The notes: a model not told the origin generated them from the sequence alone. Positions 50,485-61,761 are shown, counted from the stretch's first letter. The stretch: 64,000 nucleotides of DNA from Solitalea lacus (GCF_022014595.1 NZ_CP091740.1:1536200-1600199); one strand, 5' to 3'. Numbers and translations: made by a program.

Positions 50485-51128
50485 AGTTTTTAAATTAAAA
50501 TTTATTTATTGTTATTGTTATTCGAATAGTTTTAATGCTTTATGCAAAAGCAGAGAAGACTGGATCTGATGAAAAAACAATTGAGAGAAAGGAGCTTATT
50601 TGTCAGCATTATTGCCGACAATTAATAAGTCACTAGCAGAGAAGGTTGTAAATAAAAGAGATTGGGTAATTATTGATTCCATTACAAATTGTCAATCTAT
50701 ATAGTGTTCAAATTAGTTACTCTTATTGATGAATCCGTTTAAAATTAAGTTTATGTAATTGGTCTGTTACATTTATGCTGGTTTATTGTAACGGCAATGA
50801 TACGGCAATAAAATTGAATTAATAATGTTTAAACAAGTAGTTCTAGTGAAAAGGTGGGTTTTGACTATTTTTTTGATTATTAAATAGTTAATGCTTTTTA
50901 GTTAAAAATGCGAGCTTGTTAAAATTGAGGTAGAAATTTTTTAACCATTAATTTATTTTGGTTTTAAGCTTAAATTATTTGTAAAAATGATAATTATGAA
51001 ATAAAATTTTAAATACTTTGTTTTTTCATGGTTATTATTTGGTTTTTTCTTACTGTAGCCAATGGATTAAAATAAAAAAGAGGAGTTGGTTATTATTCCA
51101 ACTCCTCTTTTTAGGTATATTTTTTTCT

Positions 51129-52826
51129 TTAATCTAATTTTTCTAATTCATTTTTTACGAACTGCATTAATTCATGTACATATTCTTTTGAAAAATTGAA
51201 TTCAATGCCTGCGGTTTCATAAATTTTCCCAATTGGCTTGGTATATCCCAGTTTTAATGCATTTAAATAATTTTTTAAACCTTTTTCTGGATTTTGTTTG
51301 TAGTTTCTCCAAACTGCAATGGCTCCTAATTGGGCAATAGCATATTCTATGTAGTAAAAAGGAACTTCAAATAGGTGCAATTGTTTTTGCCATAAATTGG
51401 CTTTGGCTTGGTCAAGCCCGGTCCAATCAACAAAACCTGCCCCAAACCGATCGTAAATTTCAATCCACGCCTTGGTTCTTTCTTCAACTGTATGGTTAGG
51501 ATGTGTATAAATCCAATGTTGAAAAGCATCAATTACAGCTACCCAAGGCAATGTTTTTAAAACGTCTTTAAGCTGATCTTTTTTAGCACGAATTAAATCT
51601 TCTTCGTTATCAAAAAAATCATCCCAGTGATCCATAGAAATCAATTCCATGGACATTGAAGCCAGTTCTGCAATTTCTGAAGTAAGGTGTTTGAAATCAT
51701 TCAGTTCCAAATCAGCCGAAATAAAAGTATGAACCGCATGACCTCCTTCGTGCACCATAGTACTTAAATCGCGCATTGAGTTAGCTGAATTCATGAAAAT
51801 AAAAGGCATACCCGTTTCAGCCAAAGGGTAGTTATAACCGCCAGGGGCTTTACCCTTACGTGATTCAACATCGAATAGTCCTTCGGTTTTCATTGTGCCT
51901 AAGCATTTACCCAAATAGGGGTCAAGTTTTTCAAAACAGGCAATGGACTTATCAATAAGTTCTTGGCCGTTGTTGAAAGGCTTTAGCATTGGTTTGCCGG
52001 TTACGTCAACTTCCGTGTCCCAGGGTTTTAAAGTAGCCAAATTTAAGACGGCCTTCCGTTTTTCGGCTTGGGTCTTTAATATTGGAACAACTTCTTTCTC
52101 TATTGCCTCATGAAATGCAAAGCAATCCTGTACAGTATAATCAAAACGACCTAATGCAGCAAAAGCGTAATCCCTAAAATTTTCAAAGCCTGCATTATGG
52201 GCTACTTGTTGACGTAGGCCAATTAAGGTTGTGTATAGATCATTCAATGGATTTTTATCCTGTAAACGACGAGTGCTTATTTTTTCGTAGGCTTTTTCCC
52301 GAACCTCTCTGTCAACATCTTTTAAAAAATTAGAAGCTTGCTCAAGTGTATATTCTTTGTCGTTAATGGTAACACTCATTGCACCGGAAATGGCTCCGAA
52401 TTTTTGTTGTTCAACTTGTAATTGGCTCATTAAAGGAATGTTTTCATCCCGAAACAGTTCCAGTTGTTTTTTTATGCCTCTTATTAATACAAAGTATTTT
52501 TGTTGATCAAGTTTGGATAAATAAGGTGAAGCGATGAACTTTTTGTTTAGATCATTGGTATACGGAGCAATTTTGGGTTCAATTTCAGTAGCGAAATACT
52601 GGAAATCCGCCAGCAGCTTTTCATCAGTTGTGTCACAGGTCATTTTTATATATCGCCATGCAAAATCCTCTTCTAAAGTTGCTTCAAGTTCGCTGCGGTC
52701 ACGTAACCATTGTTCAAGTTCTTCTTTGGATTGAATTGAACGTTCTAACAGTTGTTTATAAAAAGGTTCAATACTTTCGAATGTGATTTCGAAGGATTGA
52801 GGAAGGAAAGTTCTGTTTTTTAACAT
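51129..52826 (-). CDS. pepF: M3B-family oligoendopeptidase F
   Basis: VHEGGHAVH zinc-binding HExxH motif, in a protein of about 565 aa. Confidence 0.85.
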   Translation of the reverse strand: MLKNRTFLPQSFEITFESIEPFYKQLLERSIQSKEELEQWLRDRSELEATLEEDFAWRYIKMTCDTTDEKLLADFQYFATEIEPKIAPYTNDLNKKFIASPYLSKLDQQKYFVLIRGIKKQLELFRDENIPLMSQLQVEQQKFGAISGAMSVTINDKEYTLEQASNFLKDVDREVREKAYEKISTRRLQDKNPLNDLYTTLIGLRQQVAHNAGFENFRDYAFAALGRFDYTVQDCFAFHEAIEKEVVPILKTQAEKRKAVLNLATLKPWDTEVDVTGKPMLKPFNNGQELIDKSIACFEKLDPYLGKCLGTMKTEGLFDVESRKGKAPGGYNYPLAETGMPFIFMNSANSMRDLSTMVHEGGHAVHTFISADLELNDFKHLTSEIAELASMSMELISMDHWDDFFDNEEDLIRAKKDQLKDVLKTLPWVAVIDAFQHWIYTHPNHTVEERTKAWIEIYDRFGAGFVDWTGLDQAKANLWQKQLHLFEVPFYYIEYAIAQLGAIAVWRNYKQNPEKGLKNYLNALKLGYTKPIGKIYETAGIEFNFSKEYVHELMQFVKNELEKLD

Positions 52827-52915
52827 TTTTTATTGATGTTTTCATCCATTAGCAAGCGTTAAATTATTCTAAGGAAAGATGTTTATATTTCCTGCTTTCG
52901 GACGAGGTTTTTTTA

Positions 52916-53770
52916 TTAAAATTTAATGTAAGTGTCTGCCAAAAAAAATACTGCAAAGCAAACGCTTGCAATGCCATTGGCGGTCATAAATGCTAAATTA
53001 ACACGGCTTAGGTCATTTGGTTTTACAATAGAATGCTGATAGATGAGCATTCCAATGTATCCAGCCACGCCAATCCAATAAAATAAACCAAATAGGCCCA
53101 GCCAGCCCGCAGCAATTACAAACAAGGCTGATAATAAATGTAGAATTGATGAAAAGTTTAGTGCTTTTCGGGTTCCTAACCATTCAGGGATAGAATGAAG
53201 TTGCTGAGAACGGTCAAAATCTTCATCTTGTAAGGCATAAATAATATCAAAACCACTGACCCAAGTAATAACAGCTAGTGAAAATAAAATGGGTAATAGA
53301 GCAAATTCACCTGTAACCACCAAATAAGCACCAATTGGTGCTAAAGATAAGCCTAACCCCAATACCAAATGACAAAATGAAGTAAAACGCTTGGTATAAC
53401 TGTACCCTAAAACAACTAGAAGAGCAATTGGTGATAAGTAGAAACAAATGCTATTAATAAAATATGTGGTAGTGATGAATGCTGCACAGTTAAATAGTGT
53501 AAATAGCATTGCCTTTTGAGGGCTTATTATTCCTGCCGGGATCTCACGTACTTTGGTTCTAGGGTTTTTAGCATCAAATTCCCTGTCAATAAAGCGGTTA
53601 AATGCCATAGCGGCACTCCGTGCAAATACCATGCAGGCAATCATTAGTATAAATTTCTTTAATTCAAATGCGGCACCGGTAGATGAAACTGCCAATACAA
53701 ACCCAATAACGGCAAATGGCATGGCAAATATGGTGTGGCTGAATTTTATAAGTGATAAATAATTCTTCAT
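52916..53770 (-). CDS. UbiA-family aromatic prenyltransferase (quinone biosynthesis)
   Basis: NRFIDREFDAKNPRTKVREIPAG Asp-rich motif. 8-9 TMs. Confidence 0.8.
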   Translation of the reverse strand: MKNYLSLIKFSHTIFAMPFAVIGFVLAVSSTGAAFELKKFILMIACMVFARSAAMAFNRFIDREFDAKNPRTKVREIPAGIISPQKAMLFTLFNCAAFITTTYFINSICFYLSPIALLVVLGYSYTKRFTSFCHLVLGLGLSLAPIGAYLVVTGEFALLPILFSLAVITWVSGFDIIYALQDEDFDRSQQLHSIPEWLGTRKALNFSSILHLLSALFVIAAGWLGLFGLFYWIGVAGYIGMLIYQHSIVKPNDLSRVNLAFMTANGIASVCFAVFFLADTYIKF

Positions 53771-53825
53771 TCTATTGGTTAATAGTAATTGGCTTACTAG
53801 CGGAAGGCTTAATGTGATGAATTGA

Positions 53826-54446
53826 TTAGTCTTTTTGTATATCTTCTAAACGGAAACTTTGATTTACTCCATTAATGAACTCTAACAGCTCTTCTCTTCC
53901 GCTTTTATCTTCTGATGAAGTAACAAATATTTGAGGAATTTCTTCCCAAGTTTTTAAAAGTTCATTCTTAAATAACTGTACGTTTTGTGCGGTTTTACCC
54001 TTAGATTGCTTGTCTGATTTAGTAAATACAATAACAAACGGCAATCCCATCTCGCCTAAAGAGTCAATGAATTGAAGATCTAATTTTTGCGGCTCCAGTC
54101 TTGAGTCAACCAATACCATAACACATTGCAAATTTTCACGCTTGGACAAATATTGGCGAATAAATTTCTCCCATTTTTCAGCCAGTGTTTTAGAAACGCG
54201 AGCAAAGCCATAACCAGGTAAATCAACCAAAAACCAATTGTTATTAATCACAAAATGATTAATTAATTGAGTTTTGCCAGGTGTTTGAGATGTTTTAGCC
54301 AAACCCTTTATGCCTGTCAGCATGTTAATTAATGACGATTTACCTACGTTCGACCGGCCGATGAATGCGTATTCGGGTAAAGTAGGATCCGGTAACTTGC
54401 TTATCTGGGTATTGCTGCAAACAAATTCTGCTGATTTTATTATCAT
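53826..54446 (-). CDS. engB: Ribosome biogenesis GTP-binding protein EngB/YsxC
   Basis: GRSNVGKSSLIN (G1), DLPGYG (G3), TKSDK (G4). Confidence 0.85.
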   Translation of the reverse strand: MIIKSAEFVCSNTQISKLPDPTLPEYAFIGRSNVGKSSLINMLTGIKGLAKTSQTPGKTQLINHFVINNNWFLVDLPGYGFARVSKTLAEKWEKFIRQYLSKRENLQCVMVLVDSRLEPQKLDLQFIDSLGEMGLPFVIVFTKSDKQSKGKTAQNVQLFKNELLKTWEEIPQIFVTSSEDKSGREELLEFINGVNQSFRLEDIQKD

Positions 54447-54583
54447 GTTGGCAAAGGTAGGAAATATTGATTTATTGATTGCGTTTTACCTGGTAAGGAT
54501 TAATTTGCAAAATCGTAACCAATACTCATAACCAGAATTTTTCGATTCAATTTCAGCTCAATCTAACTATATTTGCCCCCGAC

Positions 54584-55324
54584 ATGGCAGAAACAATAAA
54601 ACCTTACAAAGAACTCGATTCAACCAAAAAAGAGCAAGTTGCTCAAATGTTCGATAAAATTGCAGGCAAGTATGATTTTCTCAATCATTTTCTTTCATTG
54701 GGAATTGATATATGGTGGAGAAAAAAAGCCATTGCCGAGCTAAAATCAATTAATCCAAAGTATATTTTGGACGTTGCTACCGGAACGGGGGATTTGGCGT
54801 TTCAGGCAATTGAAACCTTAAAACCGGAAAAGGTGATTGGAGTTGATATTTCTGAAGGTATGTTGTCTTTTGCTGAAAAGAAAATTGCAGAGCGTAACTT
54901 ACAAAACGTGTTTTCTGTTAATGTTGGTGACTCAGAAAATCTTCCCTTTGAAGATAACACATTTGATGCAGTTATTGTAAGTTTTGGAGTGCGGAACTTC
55001 GAAAATCTGGAAAAAGGATTGGTAAATATTCAACGAGTTTTAAAGCCCGGTGGTAAGGCAGTTGTGCTTGAATTTTCTAAACCTACAATGTTTCCTTTTA
55101 AACAGTTGTATAATTTCTACTTTTTCAATTTATTGCCGTTTATTGGTAAGATGTTCTCAAAGGATAATAGTGCGTATACTTATTTGCCAGAATCGGTTCA
55201 TGCGTTTCCGGATGGAGAAAAATTTACCGATATTTTACAGCGTTCCGGTTTTAAAGAAACTAAAATTAAGAAATTAACGTTAGGTATTAGTTCTATTTAT
55301 ACAGGAATTAAGCCCGCGAGATAA
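54584..55324 (+). CDS. ubiE: Demethylmenaquinone / ubiquinone C-methyltransferase UbiE/MenG
   Basis: VLDVATGTGD SAM-binding motif and UbiE-type N-terminus YDFLNHFLSLGID. Confidence 0.85.
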   Translation: MAETIKPYKELDSTKKEQVAQMFDKIAGKYDFLNHFLSLGIDIWWRKKAIAELKSINPKYILDVATGTGDLAFQAIETLKPEKVIGVDISEGMLSFAEKKIAERNLQNVFSVNVGDSENLPFEDNTFDAVIVSFGVRNFENLEKGLVNIQRVLKPGGKAVVLEFSKPTMFPFKQLYNFYFFNLLPFIGKMFSKDNSAYTYLPESVHAFPDGEKFTDILQRSGFKETKIKKLTLGISSIYTGIKPAR

Positions 55325-55380
55325 GTAGTGATAAGAGAATAGGACTTTGTTGGGTAAAACATTAGCAAACTATAAGATAA

Positions 55381-56118
55381 ATGAAAAACTTTTTACTGTT
55401 CGTTCTCTTTTCGTTCTTAGGATTATCAGCCAACGCTCAGTTCTTGAATACGGCAGGTGATATAGATCATGAACGGTGGAATTTTGGCTTTTTGTTAGGA
55501 GTTGATAAAGCTTCTTTCACTGTAGCCAAGCAAAAGAATTACAGTATTCCTGGGTCAAATCCATATACATCGGATACATTACAAGCCATTCGACCAATGG
55601 GAAATATGGGCTTTAGTTTAGGGTTATTGGCAAATCTTAAACTCGATAAAAATTTTGATTTGCGTTTTACTCCCAAATTTTCCTTCGTTGATCGACAATT
55701 GGAGTATCAGTATAATAAGCAGTCTGACAATAAAATTTTGCTAAAACAAATTGAGTCAACATTTTTAGAGTTGCCGTTATTGTTGAAATTTAAGTCAGAC
55801 CGACAGAAAGATGTTCGTTTATATGTTATTGGCGGCTTTAAGTTTGTGACCGATATACGTTCTAAAAAGAAAAAAGCCGACGATGCGGAATTTAACCCTG
55901 ATGATGACCGTAAACTAGTTAAGATTGATAATAGCTTTATGGCTTTAGAAGCAGGGATAGGAGCCGATATTTACTTGGAATATTTCAAATTCTCTCCTGA
56001 ATTTAAATTGTCACATAGTATTAACAATGTGATGCAGAAAGGAGATGATAACATTGTAACTCGTCCGCTTGCAGGCTTATTTGCGGAGGCTCTACACTTT
56101 ACCATGTATTTTGAGTAA
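55381..56118 (+). CDS. PorT-like outer-membrane beta-barrel protein
   Basis: Signal peptide. About 245 aa beta-barrel. Sits downstream of ubiE, as is common for PorT-family genes in Bacteroidota. Confidence 0.5.
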   Translation: MKNFLLFVLFSFLGLSANAQFLNTAGDIDHERWNFGFLLGVDKASFTVAKQKNYSIPGSNPYTSDTLQAIRPMGNMGFSLGLLANLKLDKNFDLRFTPKFSFVDRQLEYQYNKQSDNKILLKQIESTFLELPLLLKFKSDRQKDVRLYVIGGFKFVTDIRSKKKKADDAEFNPDDDRKLVKIDNSFMALEAGIGADIYLEYFKFSPEFKLSHSINNVMQKGDDNIVTRPLAGLFAEALHFTMYFE

Positions 56119-56181
56119 CACTTAACTCAATAATTTAAGTTGTATTTTACTCTTTGATTCAGATCAATCAGTTTTTATAGT

Positions 56182-56946
56182 ATGAATAAAATTGCCTTGA
56201 TTACCGGAGCTACTGCCGGTATTGGAGAAGCATCAGCACATATCTTTGCAAAGAATAATTTTGACCTGATAATTACCGGTAGGCGAGAAGACCGGTTGAC
56301 CCAACTTGCCGATAATTTAAAGGCCACTTATTCTATTAATGTGCTACCATTAGTTTTTGATGTACGAAAACTATACGAAGTACAAAAAGCTATTGAGGGT
56401 TTGGATGAAAACTGGCAGGCAATAGATATTCTTGTGAATAATGCAGGATTATCTGCTGGATTAGAGCCTATTCAGGAGGGATCTTTTGCTGATTGGGACG
56501 TCATGATAGATACTAATATTAAAGGACTGCTTTATGTAACTCGTTTGGTTTCTCCACTAATGATTAAGCATAAGAAAGGTCATATTATTAACTTGGGCTC
56601 GATTGCAGGGAAAGAGACATATGCCAACGGAAACGTCTATTGTGCAACCAAACATGCTGTTGATTCACTAAGCAAAGCTATGCGTATCGATTTGCTGCCT
56701 CATAATATTAAGGTTACAGCAATTAATCCTGGTGCAGTTGAAACGGAGTTTTCCATTGTACGATTTAAAGGTGATGAAGAGCGAGCCAAAAATGTTTATA
56801 AAGGTTTTGATCCGTTAACAGCTCAAGACATTGCTGACACAATTTACTATGTCGCATCATTGCCTCCTCATGTTAATATCAATGATTTAACCATTATGCC
56901 AACAGCTCAGGCTAATACCGTTTATTGGAATAAGTCAAATTCGTAA
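56182..56946 (+). CDS. SDR-family NADP-dependent oxidoreductase (YdfG-like)
   Basis: TGATAGIGEA Rossmann motif and YCATKHAV catalytic YxxxK. Confidence 0.85.
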   Translation: MNKIALITGATAGIGEASAHIFAKNNFDLIITGRREDRLTQLADNLKATYSINVLPLVFDVRKLYEVQKAIEGLDENWQAIDILVNNAGLSAGLEPIQEGSFADWDVMIDTNIKGLLYVTRLVSPLMIKHKKGHIINLGSIAGKETYANGNVYCATKHAVDSLSKAMRIDLLPHNIKVTAINPGAVETEFSIVRFKGDEERAKNVYKGFDPLTAQDIADTIYYVASLPPHVNINDLTIMPTAQANTVYWNKSNS

Positions 56947-57038
56947 CCTAACAGAGAAATGAGGCTAAAAATCAATTAAAATCGTAATTTCTAGTTGGAA
57001 TTTATCGATTCCAATTGTTCCACATAATAATTAAATAC

Positions 57039-57488
57039 ATGTCGTTATTAGAAAAAATTGATCAGGATATAAAAAAGGCAATGTTGGCCAAAGAAGAGGC
57101 GACTTTGCGTGGTTTAAGGTCTATAAAATCAGCATTGTTGCTTGCCAAAACAGAGAAAGGAGCTGCCGAAACTTTATCAGAAGATACTGAAATAAAGGTA
57201 TTGCAAAAACAAGCCAAACAGCGTAAAGAGTCTGCAGATATTTATTTGGCACAAAATCGTCCTGATTTAGCGCAAATTGAGCAGGAAGAGCTTGCTGTTA
57301 TCGAAAGCTACCTTCCTAAGCAGTTGTCAGAAGAAGAGGTAGAGGGTATCATTAAGCAACTTATTGCCGAAACAGGTGCCTCTGGGATGAAAGATATGGG
57401 TAAAGTTATGGGAGCTGCCACAAAGCAATTGGCTGGACAGGCTGACGGTAAAATCGTATCAGCATTGGTGAAAAAATTGTTGGCTTAA
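57039..57488 (+). CDS. GatB/YqeY domain protein
   Basis: MSLLEKIDQDIKKAMLAKEE... typical YqeY helical protein. Start set at the internal Met; the ORF track begins at 57015. Confidence 0.75.
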   Translation: MSLLEKIDQDIKKAMLAKEEATLRGLRSIKSALLLAKTEKGAAETLSEDTEIKVLQKQAKQRKESADIYLAQNRPDLAQIEQEELAVIESYLPKQLSEEEVEGIIKQLIAETGASGMKDMGKVMGAATKQLAGQADGKIVSALVKKLLA

Positions 57489-57615
57489 CATTTTTAAACA
57501 GAGTTACTTAATTTTAACTGACATAAATTTTAATGAATTTAACACGGTTAATTTTTTGATTTTAGTCGACCGTTTTTAATTTTAGCTATATATTTGGTCG
57601 ATATTTAGAATAATT

Positions 57616-58392
57616 ATGAGTTATCAGTTACGAGAAGAAGACGGATACAGATACATTGATGAAGGTACGGGAGAAGTATTGGTTTTATTGCATGGATTAA
57701 TGGGTGCATTAAGCAATTGGGAGCCTGTAGTTAACCGTTTTTCAGGTAACTATCGTGTAATTATTCCGGTATTACCACTTTATGAAATGCCTCTGCTAAC
57801 AACAGGGGTGAAAACCCTTTCGAAGTTTTTGCACAAGTTTGTTGAGCACTTGAAGTTAAACAGATTTACGCTGATGGGTAATTCATTGGGTGGACACGTT
57901 GCATTGATTTATGCTTTAAATCATCCTGAGCACATTAAATCTTTAGTATTAACGGGAAGTTCGGGGCTGTATGAAAATGCAATGGGAGCATCTTTCCCTC
58001 GTCGCGAAAGTTATGATTACATTAAGGAGAAAGTGGCGTACACTTTTTATGATCCTGCCATGGCTACTAAGGAGCTTGTTGACGAGGTTTTTGCAACAGT
58101 AAATGATCGAAATCGAGTAATTCGTATTTTGGCAATGGCTAAATCAGCGATTCGTCATAATATGGAAAAGGACTTGGATAAGATCAGTGTTCCTGTGTCT
58201 TTGATATGGGGTAAAAATGATAAAATCACACCTCCTGATGTTGCTGAAGAGTTTCATCGTTTGTTACCTGATTCAGAATTGAATTGGATTGATAAATGTG
58301 GACATGCTCCAATGATGGAACAGCCTGAAGAGTTCAATCAACATCTTGATTTATTTTTGAGAAAAGTTTATTCGAACGGTAAGGTTGTTTAA
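57616..58392 (+). CDS. Alpha/beta-fold hydrolase
   Basis: LLHGL oxyanion region, GNSLGG nucleophile elbow, C-terminal His (CGHAPM). Confidence 0.75.
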   Translation: MSYQLREEDGYRYIDEGTGEVLVLLHGLMGALSNWEPVVNRFSGNYRVIIPVLPLYEMPLLTTGVKTLSKFLHKFVEHLKLNRFTLMGNSLGGHVALIYALNHPEHIKSLVLTGSSGLYENAMGASFPRRESYDYIKEKVAYTFYDPAMATKELVDEVFATVNDRNRVIRILAMAKSAIRHNMEKDLDKISVPVSLIWGKNDKITPPDVAEEFHRLLPDSELNWIDKCGHAPMMEQPEEFNQHLDLFLRKVYSNGKVV

Positions 58393-58557
58393 GTAATAAA
58401 TACTCATCGGTTTCAGATTTAATATAAGTAAATCTGAAACCGATATTTTTATTTTGTCATATTTCCTCCCTACAAGTCTGAAGTAAGTTAAATCTCTGCT
58501 TATAAAATTTGAATTCTCAGGCTTATTTTTTACATTAAGGTAAATAATCATAGTACT

Positions 58558-59220
58558 ATGATAGCCTCACAATTATCCAGCGATTATATTCCTCCCTTGA
58601 GAACATCTGATTCAGCCCAGAAGGCCCTTGATCGGATGGCTGAATTTCGCGTGAGTCATTTGCCTATAGTAAATGAAAAAGAGTTTTTAGGATTAATTTC
58701 TGACCGCGATATTGCTGAACTTACAGACTTAAACGAACCTATCGGCAGTTCAGGCCTGTCAACTATCTATCAAACCGTAAATGAAGATCAACACTTGTTT
58801 GATGTAATTCGTCTTATTCACGAGCAACAGCTTACTGTGGTTCCGGTTATAGATAATAAGAATAATTACCTTGGTCTTATTACCCTCACCACGCTTGCAG
58901 AGTATTTTGCTGTAATTACTGCTATCGAAAGTCCGGGGGGAATCATTATTCTCGAATTGGGAATCCGTGATTTTTCACTTTCTGAAATTGCCCGGATAAT
59001 TGAATCGGAAGGAGCAATGATTTTGAGCTCATATGTAAAAACCTTTAATGATTCAACTAAGCTTGAACTTACCGTTAAAGTAAATAAGACGGATTTAACC
59101 GCAATTTTGGCTTCTTTTCAACGGTTTAATTATCATATTAAAGCATCATTTTCTCAAGTTTCCCGTTCAGACGACACAATGGATCGGTTCGATTCCTTTA
59201 TGAATTACCTAAATATGTAG
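58558..59220 (+). CDS. CBS-pair domain protein
   Basis: Two CBS-like modules (HLPIVNEKEFLGLISDRDI; VVPVIDNKNNYLGLITLTTL). Confidence 0.7.
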   Translation: MIASQLSSDYIPPLRTSDSAQKALDRMAEFRVSHLPIVNEKEFLGLISDRDIAELTDLNEPIGSSGLSTIYQTVNEDQHLFDVIRLIHEQQLTVVPVIDNKNNYLGLITLTTLAEYFAVITAIESPGGIIILELGIRDFSLSEIARIIESEGAMILSSYVKTFNDSTKLELTVKVNKTDLTAILASFQRFNYHIKASFSQVSRSDDTMDRFDSFMNYLNM

Positions 59221-59306
59221 TAATAGGTTTGCAGAAAATTTATATCTTTCAACCCTGAAAACAATTCCGGTTAAATTATAACTGGCTTTAAGCAAGCATA
59301 AAATAA

Positions 59307-60188
59307 ATGAAAATTGCCCTTTACGGACGACAGTTTAGCAACAATTCCCTGCCCTTTGTTCAAGAAATTATTGATAACCTGGTTGGTCATGAGGTAGAAG
59401 TTTTGATCTATGAAGATTTTAAAAACTTTCTTGAAACAAAAAAAATTAATACATACCAGGCTGAAAGCTTTAATCATTATTCTCAGCTAACTGGTCATGT
59501 AAAGTGTATGCTAAGCTTAGGGGGAGATGGAACATTGTTAGATACCCTATCCCTTATCCGTGATTCAGGCTTGCCGGTACTTGGTATAAATTTGGGGCGG
59601 TTAGGATTTCTGGCCAGTATCAATAAAACAGAGATCAAAACAGCCATTGATAGCGTAGTAAAGGGGGAGTACACGCTTGATACACGTGTGTTGATAAATC
59701 TGGAATCCTCAGATGCTGATATATTTGGAGAGGTGAATTATGCATTAAACGAAATCACCATTCATAAGAAAGATGCATCACCAATGATCATTATTCATAC
59801 CTATATTAATGGTGAATTTTTGAACTCTTACTGGGCCGATGGATTGATTATCTCTACGCCAACTGGTTCCACAGCATATTCTTTAAGTTGCGGCGGCCCT
59901 ATCGTTTTTCCTCAATCAGGGAATTTTGTAATAACACCAATTTGTCCGCATAATTTAAGTGTTCGTCCAATCGTTATATCCGATAGTAGTGTGCTTACAT
60001 TTAAAATAGAAGCAAGAGCTACCCAGTTTTTAGTTACCTTGGACTCAAGAACTGAAACAGTGGAAAAGAATGTTGTATTAACTGCCAAGAAAGAAAATTT
60101 CTCAATAAATCTGATACGCCTCTACAATGAAAGTTATTTAACCACGTTAAGAAACAAGTTAATGTGGGGACTGGATTCAAGAAATTAA
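59307..60188 (+). CDS. nadK: NAD+ kinase
   Basis: LGGDGTLL and NEITIHK...DGLIISTPTGSTAYSLS motifs. Confidence 0.9.
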   Translation: MKIALYGRQFSNNSLPFVQEIIDNLVGHEVEVLIYEDFKNFLETKKINTYQAESFNHYSQLTGHVKCMLSLGGDGTLLDTLSLIRDSGLPVLGINLGRLGFLASINKTEIKTAIDSVVKGEYTLDTRVLINLESSDADIFGEVNYALNEITIHKKDASPMIIIHTYINGEFLNSYWADGLIISTPTGSTAYSLSCGGPIVFPQSGNFVITPICPHNLSVRPIVISDSSVLTFKIEARATQFLVTLDSRTETVEKNVVLTAKKENFSINLIRLYNESYLTTLRNKLMWGLDSRN

Positions 60189-60204
60189 TCAGATACTGAA
60201 ATAA

Positions 60205-61005
60205 ATGTTAAAAAAGATAGTTGCCGTATTTACTGTTTTATTTTCAGTTATTACCACAAATGCCAGTGCTCAAAAATACGAGTTGGGTTTGTTTGCAGGT
60301 GCTGCTGGGTACAAAGGGGATTTAAGTCAGTTTAATTACTTCCGGTTTACGGATCCTGCGTTTGGTTTAATGTTTCGGAAGAACTTTAATCCGCGTAATA
60401 CATTAAAAGTTGCTTTAACCCATGGGAAAGTACAGGCGAACGATGCAACTTCGGATATTCCTGATCAGATTTATAGAAATCTTCGCTTTGAATCCATAAT
60501 TAATGAGTTAACTGTTCAGTATGAATTTAATTTCTTTAGTTTAAACCCATATAAAGAAGACGAACGTTTTTCCCCATATTTGACTGCGGGTATTTCGGTG
60601 TTTAACTTTGATCCGAAAGCAGAAGATGGACAAGCATTGCAACCATTAGGCACGGAAGGACAGGGACTTAATGGAAATCCATCTCCTTATCATTTGACCG
60701 AGTTTGCTGTTCCGTTAGGATTTGGATTGAAATTTAGAATGAATGATCGTTGGAACTTGTTTAGTGAATTAGGCTATCGATTTACATTTACAGATTATAT
60801 TGATGATGTTAGCGGGTATTATGTCAATTTGAATTCTGCTCCGTCAACATTAACAAAATTATATGCTGATCGTTCGCCTGAAGCAGGTTATCCTGCTAAC
60901 ATACCAGGTAATCAGCGAGGGGATTTGCGGAAAAATGATACATACATGTTTGCCGTTGTTGGCATTGCTTTTAGTTTTGTATCTTCGCGCTGTCCAACTT
61001 TTTAG
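60205..61005 (+). CDS. Hypothetical outer-membrane beta-barrel protein
   Basis: Signal peptide. Amphipathic beta strands. C-terminal aromatic residue. Conserved position between nadK and uppS. Confidence 0.5.
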   Translation: MLKKIVAVFTVLFSVITTNASAQKYELGLFAGAAGYKGDLSQFNYFRFTDPAFGLMFRKNFNPRNTLKVALTHGKVQANDATSDIPDQIYRNLRFESIINELTVQYEFNFFSLNPYKEDERFSPYLTAGISVFNFDPKAEDGQALQPLGTEGQGLNGNPSPYHLTEFAVPLGFGLKFRMNDRWNLFSELGYRFTFTDYIDDVSGYYVNLNSAPSTLTKLYADRSPEAGYPANIPGNQRGDLRKNDTYMFAVVGIAFSFVSSRCPTF

Positions 61006-61020
61006 TATAGCAGGGAAATA

Positions 61021-61761
61021 ATGAGTTTTAAGGAAAAGATTGATATAAATCGTTTGCCACGTCACATTGCCGTCATTATGGATGGTAACGGCCGATGGGC
61101 GAAAGAGAAAGGGAAATTACGGGTTTTCGGGCATCAAAACGGAGTAAAAGCTGTTAGAGATACAGTTGAAGCCGCTGCCGAACTTGGAGTTGAATATCTT
61201 ACTTTGTATGCTTTTTCAACCGAGAATTGGAATCGGCCTGCTTTAGAGGTGACTGCACTTATGGAGCTATTGGTTGCCACCATTAATAAAGAAACCAAAA
61301 CATTGATGGAAAACAATGTCCGTCTTAATGCTTTTGGTGATTTGAAATCATTGCCTTCAAAATGTTATAAAGAATTAATGGAGGCAATAGACAAAACCCG
61401 TAACAATAAAGGTTTAACATTAAACTTGGCGCTAAGCTACAGTGCGCGTTGGGAATTGATCCAAATGGCACAAAAGCTGGCTCAACAGGTAGAAAATAAA
61501 GAATTAGCATCTACCGACATATCAGAAGACGTTGTTTCTTCGTTATTGTGTACAGCAGGTATGCCTGATCCTGAATTGTTGATTCGTACTAGTGGAGAGT
61601 ATCGTGTCAGCAATTTCTTGTTGTGGCAAATTGCATATTCTGAGTTATATTTTACAGATATCTTTTGGCCTGATTTCAGGCGGGAGCAACTGTATGAAGC
61701 TATTGCAAATTATCAAGGCCGTGAACGACGTTTCGGCAAAACAAGTGAACAAGTTATCTAA
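61021..61761 (+). CDS. uppS: Isoprenyl transferase (undecaprenyl-diphosphate synthase)
   Basis: PRHIAVIMDGNGRWA and FSTENWNRP motifs. Confidence 0.9.
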   Translation: MSFKEKIDINRLPRHIAVIMDGNGRWAKEKGKLRVFGHQNGVKAVRDTVEAAAELGVEYLTLYAFSTENWNRPALEVTALMELLVATINKETKTLMENNVRLNAFGDLKSLPSKCYKELMEAIDKTRNNKGLTLNLALSYSARWELIQMAQKLAQQVENKELASTDISEDVVSSLLCTAGMPDPELLIRTSGEYRVSNFLLWQIAYSELYFTDIFWPDFRREQLYEAIANYQGRERRFGKTSEQVI

